Assembly (NCBI GenBank): GCA_024679065.1
Contig: JAGIQG010000016.1
Coordinates: forward strand, 12,400,001 to 12,464,000
DNA length: 64,000 nt
Source of the DNA: Sphyrna mokarran
Lineage: Eukaryota
Direction: 5' to 3'
Positions 55,006-64,000 of this stretch are shown here, piece by piece (the stretch's first letter is position 1; every line of letters starts with the position of its first letter). The notes under the pieces were generated by a model that was given only the letters and a program-made list of their open reading frames with translations, did no database searches and had not been told where the DNA came from. Position numbers and translations under genes: made by a program.

Positions 55006-56003
55006 CCAAGGCAATAGCAAATTTCATATGTGTTTCATCCCTTTAGCGTATCGGCACATGACGTCTTCTACGGCACCTTGTAAGGAACTATATAATCGGA
55101 ATTACCTGGCATTCTAAAATCACAAAGGAAAAATTAACCTGTTAGGAGATTTTATTGTTGTTGTTATAGCAAAATATTGCTCTGTATTTAAAGTTAATCT
55201 GCCCTGGACGAAACACATTCGGAACTAAACGGCCAATATAGTCCCATTCAAAGCAAATGAGACAAGATACGTCTGGGTACAATCATCCTTTGAGTACTGT
55301 GATTTTTCTGATATGAGCAATTGGTCATGCAATTTGATAAAGACGCATCCATTCTCTTCAATCCTGCCATGTGGCTTAATTGTATCATGTCTTCAATTCC
55401 AAGAGACAACGTTGTAACATGGCAGTTTGCTATAACTTAAACTTTTTTTTTCATTATTGAGTTATCCATGACTATATACAGATAGGCATTCATATCATTA
55501 GATGTGCAGGGAATATTCAATTATGACGTCTGTCCCTTAACTGACTCAAAAAAAAAACAAAATTAGGTAACTCATTGCTAGTGTAAATATATTTTTTTTT
55601 TACATATGAAGAAGGAGAATTATTTGCAGTTGATTCAGAACGTTTAGACTGGAACCAAATATACAGCTACTATACTATTGTCCAATGCTTTCAAGTAAAT
55701 ACTGTTGGACGTAAAAGATTCGATGATTTTATCCGGACGTGTCTTGATCCCATTTGTTTTGAACGGGAATATGTTGGCCGTTGAGCTTCGAATGTGTTTC
55801 GTCCAGGGCAAATTAACTTTAAATGTAAAGCAATATTTTGCGATAACAACAACAATAAAACTCCTTAACAGTTTAATTTTCCTTTTGAGATTTTGTAATG
55901 CCAGGTAATTACGATTATATAGTTCCTTAGAAGGTGCGGTGAATACGCCTCGTGCTAGTATGCTAAACGGATTATACACATATCAAATTTACCATTGCCT
56001 TGG
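55006..56003. repeat. Diverged inverted repeat of about 282 bp (55006-55287 / 55722-56003)
   Basis: For example aaggaactatataatcggaattacctggcatt vs aatgccaggtaattacgattatatagttcctt, and tgccctggacgaaacacattcg vs cgaatgtgtttcgtccagggca. Confidence 0.9.
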
Positions 56004-56590
56004 TATTCATTCAGAATTGACTATCAAGCCGCACGGCATCTCACAAATTGTGCGCCCTTAATTTTACTCTTCAGCGGCCACTTTACATTTTCATTCGAGT
56101 GCGTTTTCATTCAGAATTCCAGCAATTGCCTTCTATTTGGGTAAAATTTATTATTTTAATATTTCCAAGTTCCTTTTTTTCAGATATGCGCATGGTCTCA
56201 TCCCTCCCGAATGATAAATATTGCTGATTAACAATTCAATAATACTTAACTTCGAATCACTCTCAATGAAATATGTCTCCCACTAAACCATTGTTTATCA
56301 TCTTTGAAATGAAAGTCAGCTCTTACTATCCATAATCTTTTCACATTTGTCTGCATTTTTCGTTCGCATAACATTCACACAACAAATCGATATTAATGGT
56401 GTCAAGGAACCTTCAAGAAACCTCAAGAACAAAACAACTTCATACAGTTTTCTAATGAAAGACTGGTGACAGATGACAGATGGACGTTGGCCTCTATGGG
56501 CGAAAAGGCAGCCACTCACTGATCACAATATCATCGCAGTGCTTTATGTCACTTCGCTCTGGAACAATTGTCTACCGGTGGCAAAGTTAC

Positions 56591-56617
56591 CTTCTACTTT
56601 TTCCTTCAATTTCGCTT
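56591..56617 (-). CDS. Micro-exon 2 (27 nt): EAKLKEKVE
   Basis: cttttctcactcacag|AAGCGAAATTGAAGGAAAAAGTAGAAG|gtaact. Homologous to the other 27-nt exons. Confidence 0.85.
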
Positions 56618-57325
56618 CTGTGAGTGAGAAAAGTTACCGTAACAGTGCAAATACAGAAGGTAAATGATTAAATTACAAATTAAAACAAAATACTCGTTAT
56701 GTTTTTTGGTATTATTTCAATGCTGAAGTTGCTTGCTTCACTTAATTGATGCTAAAGTGTGGGGGGGGGGGATGGGGGAAGCAAATTGAGTGAACCTTCA
56801 GGGAAGATATGTGGCAACGTGGGAGCCTATGGAGGCGGAAATGTTGGTCGAAGATTCAACTTAATCAGTGGGCAACCAAATTGATTAGAAGCTGAGGTGT
56901 TTACGGTACAATAAAGATTTGCAAAAGAAAAGCCTCAACACTAAGACTAAAAAAAATGCGCACAGATATGGAATGAAATGTTCTTTTTGGAAGCAGCAGA
57001 AGACCCACATTTGGAAATCTCAATTACGTTATAACATTTTGGTGACATGCAACCTGAGGCTGACTTAACAAAACAAAAAATAGGAAGAAGGAAAGTTTGA
57101 TAGCGTGCAAGCGGTAGAACAGAAGACATACACCCAATGAAAACGTTGCTGCAAGGAAAATTCAGTTTTGGGCAGAATACAAATATCTGTACAATCTGAA
57201 AGCAAATGACAGAAGAAGAATGCAGAGAAAAGTATTACGCGCTGCAAATTTGAAATACTAGTATCATTGACTTAACATGGAATAACGAACAAAATGATGA
57301 ACAAACACTTCAGTTTTTCCCTCAC

Positions 57326-57355
57326 CTAATTCTTCGGCATGTTTTCCTGCTGCGT
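57326..57355 (-). CDS. Micro-exon 1 in window (30 nt, phase 1-1) of coiled-coil micro-exon gene: xAAGKHAEEL
   Basis: ctgaattgcag|ACGCAGCAGGAAAACATGCCGAAGAATTAG|gtgagg. Ends TTAG|gtgag like several 36-nt exons and is in frame with the next exon. Non-standard length and a weak polypyrimidine tract. Confidence 0.55.
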   Translation of the reverse strand, partial: TQQENMPKN

Positions 57356-57832
57356 CTGCAATTCAGTAGTGTAGTTCTTAGCCATGGAGTTATTTGCAAG
57401 TTGGTGTGCCAGAAAATTGGTAGTTATCAAAATAGAGAAGTTATACAAAATAAATACTGCTACTCAAGTTTGCCGTGTAGAATTTCTGAATGGCGCTCTC
57501 TGTTTCATTTTTGCTTTCGCCCCATTCAATGCATCCTTAACACTCGTCTATCAAACTGTTGAGAAATGAATTAAATGATAATGGACAGATGCTACATTGG
57601 GACAATTTGCATAAAATTGAATTTGCCACAAACTTCCTCGCCACCAAAAAATCGAAAGGGCAAAGGACAAACAACAAAAATGTCTGTTGACCTCCAGTAA
57701 GAATTTACGGTTCGCTCATGCAAAGCTGTAAAATCCAGCCCCACATGTTTGTTTTAAGGGACTATTGTGGGGGCTGATACTATTACCTCTGGACTACAAA
57801 TCCAGTGTTAGCGCGAGTGGGTGAAACGGCCA

Positions 57833-58991
57833 CTACGAACTTTGAACGTAGAACATTACAGCGCAGAACAGGCCCTTCGGCCTTCGACGTTGCGCAGACC
57901 AATAAGGAAAAAGAAATGACACTCTAACCTGAACCATTCCCTTTTCATCCTGAAACTTATCTACTAACCTCTTAAACGCCACCAAACTTGGCGCATCTAC
58001 AGCTGCAGCAGGCAGGGCATTCCATACCCTTACCACCCTCTGGGTAAAGAACCTACCTCTGACATTCGTCCTATAACTACCACCCCTTAATTTAAAGCCA
58101 TGGCCCCTCGTGCTAGCTTTCTCCATCCGAGGAAAAAGGCTATCACTGTCCACCCTACCTAAACCTCTAATCATCTTATATGTTTCAATAAGGTTTCCTC
58201 TTAGCCGCCTTCTTTCTAACGAAAACAATGTCAAATCCCTCAGCCTCTCTTCATAAGACCTGCCCTCCATACTAGACAACATCCTGGTAAACCTCCTCTA
58301 TACCGTCCCCAATGCTTCCACATCTTTCTTATAATGCGGGGACCAGAACTGTACGCAATACTCCAAGTGCGGCCGCACTAGAGTTTTGTACAGTTGCAAC
58401 ATGACGTTGCGGCTCCGAAATTCAATCCCCCTACCAATAAAAGTTAAGACTCCGTATGCCTTCTTAACAACCTTATCGACTTGATTCCCAGCTTTCAGGG
58501 ATCTATGCACATATACACCAAAATCCCTCTGTTCATCAACACTATTAAGAGTTCTACCATTAGCCCTATACTCTACACATTTGTTATTCCTACCAAAGTG
58601 AATTACCTCACACTTTTCCGCGTTAAACTCCATTTGCCACCTCTCGGCCCAGCTCTGCAACTTGTCCAAGTCTTTCTGCAAACTATAACACCCCTCTTCA
58701 CTATCTACCACTCCTCTGACTTTGGTATCATCCGCAAATTTACTAATCCGTCCTTCAATACCCTCATCCAGAACATTTACAAAAATTACAAACAGCAGGG
58801 GCCCCACAACAGATTCCTGAGGTACACCAACTGTAACCGAACTCCATGATGAATAATTTCCATCAACTACCACCCTCTGTCTTCCATCAGATGGCCAATT
58901 CCTAATCCAGTTAGCTAAATCACCCTCAATCCCATACATCTGCATTTTCTGCAGAAGCCTTCCATGGGGCACCTTATCATGGGGCACCTTA
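57833..58991 (-). mobile_element. Young 5'-truncated CR1 LINE (RT C-terminal half and 3' tail)
   Basis: ORFs 58298..58987 (GVPQESVVGPLLF, KFADDTK) and 57833..58282 are in one frame, split by a single TAG. Tail ggccgaagggcctgttctgcgctgtaatgttctacgttc. Confidence 0.95.
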
Positions 58992-59122
58992 GGGTCAACT
59001 TCAACAACAGATCAGGTTTTTATTTTACTTTGTAGGAGGTGCTGTCAGGACGCACAATCGGAGTGTCCCGAAAGCACTCTAAAGACCCGCCGTAACGGGC
59101 TATAGCTATACCCGAACTTCGG

Positions 59123-60885
59123 TGTAATACGCGATTCAAATGTTAATGCTTTATTCACAATATTTGACATTAGTCATCCAGTCTCGATGTTTTCAAGTAT
59201 TGGGATGATTGTTTAAAGTGTGTGTTAATGGTTGTGTCTGATTGGTTATTGATGGTTTGGAATCTCTGGGGCTTGAACAAAAGATGTGCAGTCATTCTGA
59301 GGTACTTTGAGGGGCTAGGGATGCCTCTTTAGATATTCCAGTCTTATGGCGTCTCGGTAGGTTGTTTGACTGGTTTGACTGATTTAGTTGGGTGGGATAC
59401 GTTTTTTTTAAGTTATTTCATGGAGGTGCCATCATGACTAGCTTCCCCTGTGTGCTAGTCCTCATTTGCATTCTAAAAGCATGCTCCTACCTGCTAGCCT
59501 GCGTTTGTTTCTTTGTGAAATTTAGTGGAGAGGCACTGAGTGTGATTTTAATCTGCTTCCATATTATGTGCCCAATTTCATAAAATGTGTTGTCCGATAA
59601 CACTAGAGACTAAGTTAATGGTCCAGAAACTTGTTTTCGAATTCTTTGTTTTCTTTTCATAACATGACCACTGAGATGGGAATCTGCTGTCCCAGTTCAG
59701 TTGGTGAATGTTTACTTCAAATTGAGCACCAGTTGGACGAATACCGGAGAGAAGCATCATCACGGAATGCATTGGTTCTACCGTGTGCCATCGTCCATGT
59801 TGCTCTGTAGCATCAACAGAGTCCCAAATCGAAGACTATTCAAATACATGCAAGTAATTCAATTCACTCCAAAGCCTCCACTATACAGCAAAAAACGCTG
59901 GGTAAAGTTTAAGTGCCCTCCAAATTCCAGCTGTTACCCTAAGCGTTTACGTTCATTAAGTGACTGTATGCCAATCGAATCCGGTAAAGAACAGCAGTAC
60001 CTGTAAAAGTGAGGAAAACATACAAAACAAAACACTTTCAAGGGGAAACAACCAATTTATTGACCCTCAGATTGCATTCACCCAGAATTGTTCTGCTGAT
60101 TATAACTCCGATACTACCCGCAAACGCCAGAGGGAGAGAGTTTGTAACCAGAGTGAGTTACAGCCAGAGTGGGGATGTCGGGAATTAGGAGATTATTGGG
60201 TAACAATTGATGAATGTTTCTCTTTGTTTGGTCGTTTTAGAAGAGCTTAGTTCAAATATCAATACGTAGCTGACCCATATCATTAGGAGAAAGTTATCTT
60301 TCAATCAGTTGAAGTCTGATTTGGGCCTCAGTATGTCTGTAAATTTAGGAATTTTAGACTGGTATGTGAGTCATTCCAAGCCCATTCAGCTATACGTGAG
60401 ACAGTGTTTTTAACATGTGCACGGCCAATGAGTTTGCATAAACCAGTGGGAGAGAGATTACAGCCGGGATATGTTTCAGCCAGAGAGAAGGAATCAGGTG
60501 TTTGGAATTCAGTGGGAATTCGGTGCTGAGGAGAAAGAGGTTCTCATCTTCGGGAAAGGCAGAGCTGCGAGAGACTTGATGAGAAGTAGAAAGTGAGAGG
60601 TAGAAAGAAATCGAACCTTGTCTTCACAGCCAGCGGGAAAGTGATTTGATGGAGAATGACGAGTAGTTTTTTTTTTCTGTTTTATCTTTTTACTCTTAGC
60701 ATTGCAGTTTGTTTTTTTTTTGTACACTATAATGTTGTTTCTTTGTGAGTTACCTATTTTATAGTTTGTGGAGGTTAGATTCAGAATTAACAAGGAGCAA
60801 GAAAGATTGACCGCAGATAATTGCATGTATCCTGATTCAAAACATATTTCAATGGTTTAATTTTTTAAAAAAGTAAGTCACAACA
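59123..60885 (+). mobile_element. Possible solo LTR or LTR-like repeat
   Basis: TGT...ACA ends and an internal imperfect repeat (gtttgtaaccagagtgagttacagcc / gtttgcataaaccagtgggagagagattacagcc). No target-site duplication seen. Confidence 0.3.
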
Positions 60886-60899
60886 GGAGTGTTACGCGC

Positions 60900-63800
60900 C
60901 ATGTTTTGCTTCCCTTGTTCCGTGTGAAGAGGAAACAGCTCCTGTACCCTTTGTTAGCATGTGTAACGCACGTGCTCCCAGCTACAGCTGCAGGAAACTG
61001 ATGATTCAGCGCTGTAGTAGAGCAAAAAAAAAAGCAACGTAATGCAGGATTCTTCCGTGTCTATACCCTGGTAAAGCAAATATACCGCTTTGAATCCTGT
61101 TGAGAGGAATTGCATTGTTGGGGCAAGCAGCAGCATCCAAGCTCGGTGCACCATGGTTGGTTCTATAACGCAGGGAAGGGGCAAAATGTGTGCTCGTGCA
61201 AAAGCTATCGAGGGTTCAGTAGTAAGGGGAATAGTCAGATGTTTCTGTGGCCGCAAATGAGACTCCACAAATTACCTCCATGATGCTAGGTGCAATCATG
61301 TCTTGGAGCAGATGCAAGACATTCTGCAGTGGGAGCGTGAACAGCCAGTGGAAGCGGTATGCATCAGTAAAAAAAAACGACACAGTTAAAAAAGAAATCC
61401 TTAAAAAAAAACAGAATACAGGAAAATAGGAAGAAAGTTAAGAAAAAATAAAAAAAAATGACGATCTCAGCATAACTAGTTGTGCCAAGTGCTACTTTGA
61501 GTAAACATGACGTGATATCGGATAAAAAACTTGGCTGAAGTGATGGTGTCAGGAAGAGTGTTTCAGATGTCTGGGGCCTTGGGACCAATTCTGGCGAGGG
61601 TGACGCCTGTAAAATCTGTATGGATTACACCCGGGAAGGACTGATGCTGCCGTCCTGGGTGTGGGGAGGGTGCGGGTGAGTGTTTGCGAGAGCAGTAGAC
61701 GAGGGTTTAAACTAATATGCCGGGGGGCGGGGGGGAGGGGGAGGAACCTATGTAAGGACGCACAGAATGAAAGTTCAACAACAAAATTAAACATTAGGAA
61801 ACGGGATTTAGAAAGTCATAGGCAGAGAAGAAAATACAAAGTTCAAATAGAGCAATAGATAACGATTTGGGGAGCAAGGTAAAGTGTATGAAAAATACAA
61901 CCTGAAAGGCTCTGTGTTGTAATACGCAGAGCATTGGCAAGAATGTGAATCAACTAATCACGCAGACAGCTGTAAATGTACAATGTAATTTGGATGACGG
62001 AGGTATACTGCAGGCGGAGCAGAGATGGAAATTGAATAACCCACGGTATTGGACATTTTGGAAGGACTGGCACAAAGGATAAACTCGTGGAGTGACACTG
62101 CTAATTAACAAGGAAATTAACACAATAGTGAGAACGCTCTGACGAAGTGTGTGATATTGAGGAATATCAGTGGGGTGGGGAGGGGCAACATCAGTGGGTG
62201 TCATTTATAGAATCACAAACTGCTGTGCTCATATTGGGAATTGTAGTAACCGCAAAATTAGAGATGCATGAGACAAACAAATCTCTATGATTATGGGAAA
62301 TTTTAGTCTGCACATCGAGTGGGCAAATCAAAGTAACCACGATGCCACAGAGGAGAAATTCTTGGAATATTTACGGAATCATTTCCTTAACCGATATGTG
62401 GAGAAACCAACTTGAGAGCAGGCTAATTAAACTGGGTAATTTGTAATTGGGAGACAATCATTGTGATCTCAAACTCCTAGAATCCTTAAGGATGATATCA
62501 TGTTTTATGAAGATGGAGAGTTAAGCAGTTGATTCAAAGACTGGGGAGCCACATCTCAATAAAGGAAGCTATGAAGATATGAGGCCTTGAAAGATTCGGG
62601 TGAATGATTTGAAAGGATGACAGTGCATAGGAAAATATTCAAAGAATCTATGTGCGAACTGTAGCAAATCTTTATTTCTGAATGGCACGACGCAAAATGG
62701 GTAAGGAGGCCAATCCAAGGCTTACAGAGAAAATTGTAGACACTGTTCTATCTAAGAAAGTAATATGCAGTTTGGCCAGGAGAAATAATAGATTTGAGGA
62801 TTGGGAGCAGTTTAGAATTCAGCAAAAAAGAATAAAGAGGTCGACTAAGAATGGGAAAATATCTTCTGGAATTGAAATTCTAGGGAACATAAAGACCGAC
62901 GGAAAGAAAAAACATTCTACAGATCTGTGAAGAGAAAAAGATTTGTAAAGTTAAATGTATGTCAGCTACAAATGGAAACCGGGAATTGTGTAATAGGGGA
63001 CAAAAAAATGGCCAAACAGCTGAATGACACTTTGGTTCGCTTTTGACAAAAGAAGACACAAATCACATGCTGCAGAATGCAAGATTTAGTGACAGAGAAA
63101 GACTTGGGGATATCACTATTTCTGGAGAAATGGTGTTGGGAAAATCGGTGAATTGAAGGTGGATAATCCCTAGAGCTTGGCAGCTTACATTCCAGAGTAC
63201 TTAAGAAATTGGGGCTCGAAATAATGCATGTGTTTGTGATGTATTTCCAGGATTCTATAGACACTTGAACAGTCCATGTATATTGCAACATAGCAAATAT
63301 CACTCAATATTCAGAAAAAAAAGAGGTAGAAAGAAAACAGGGAATAATTGACCAGGAAGTTTAACACTGGTAGTGGGAAAAAAATCTAGAATCCATTATC
63401 AAGGAGTTCATAGCAAAACATGTAGAATGCAATTGTTGGATCAGACAGTCAGTGTGGATTTATAAAAGGACAAACAAAAATGCCTGAAAATTTGTTAGAA
63501 ATTTTTGTTAGATGTCACTAGTCGAGTTGACCGGTTGGGGGTGGGTGGGAGGGGCGCTGTCCAAGTACCATTTTTGAACTTCCGGAAAACAGTTGAAAAA
63601 AAAACACTAAAGAGATTATCGTGCAAGACTAAGCATAAGAGATTCGGGAACGTGTATTAAAATGGAAAGAAAACTGTTTGGCTGAGATGGAATAAAGTTT
63701 AATAATTAATATTTGCTTTTCCGATTGGCAGGGATTAACTAGTGAGGTGCCACGGAGGAACCCCGAATATTCACAGTGTTCATTAATGATTTTGATGAGG

Positions 63801-64000
63801 GAACAAAAAAAGCAACATCACAACGTCTGAAGATATTACCAAGGTGGGTGGGACTGTGAACTGTGGCAATGATAAGAGATCTATCAAAAAGATCTTTCTA
63901 AATGTGTGGGCTGATCAATGGCACTGACATAATAACTTGGAAAGATGTGATGCTTTGCACGTTGTACGCTAATGCAAAATGGCATATTATGACATAAATG
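60900..64000 (+). mobile_element. Degenerate CR1 LINE(s): ORF1 esterase remnant, then ORF2 endonuclease and RT
   Basis: AIEGSVVRGIVRCFCGRK (SGNH-esterase-like ORF1) at about 61203, LCCNTQSI and IMGNFSL (endonuclease), and HSRVLKKL, GKNLESIIK, SEVPRRN, INDFDEG (RT). Confidence 0.85.

Noticed and set aside
57833-58987. Longest ORF in the window (229 aa) and its 149-aa continuation as a host gene
   Set aside because: They encode the reverse transcriptase of a truncated CR1 retrotransposon.
1-64000. Prokaryotic systems (CRISPR arrays, operons), rRNA or tRNA genes
   Set aside because: No regularly spaced repeat-spacer arrays, dense ORFs or structured RNA genes were seen. The sequence is vertebrate intronic DNA.

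Overview
Eukaryotic, AT-rich, repeat-dense genomic DNA. The CR1 LINE tails, HE1/V-SINE-like elements and Penelope-like ends suggest a cartilaginous fish (inference). The six-frame ORF track shows mostly degenerate transposon pieces. Reading splice signals by hand reveals a gene on the minus strand made of 21 micro-exons spread over about 52 kb (57355 down to 5631). After one 30-nt exon they alternate strictly between 27 nt and 36 nt, and all are phase 1-1. Spliced together (660 nt, about 220 aa) they give a stop-free coiled coil with a 21-residue (3-heptad) period and a Cys at the same core position in 9 of 10 repeats: xAAGKHAEEL-EAKLKEKVE-ELERCNYANKEC-AESLDELKR-ELSACQNLVNDL-AEKLKDKET-ELDDCNAANKTL-IETERETRE-ELNTCKELVTDF-DGKLKEKDE-ELADCKSSEKKL-VEEMREINE-DLSTCRILSNDL-EEKLKDKEN-ELYTCKTALKET-EEKLEECEK-EIAKCKQLLNEL-EAKLETKNE-EIAKYEKSLMEL-EDKLADKEK-ELSTCKRLLQGL. 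I could not identify the start or stop of the gene in the window and I do not recognise the gene. The introns and flanks hold CR1, Rex1/Babar-like and other LINE remnants, SINEs, PIF/Harbinger remnants, a Penelope-like inverted end, microsatellites and two long inverted repeats. Exon coordinates were counted by hand. Transposon boundaries are approximate.
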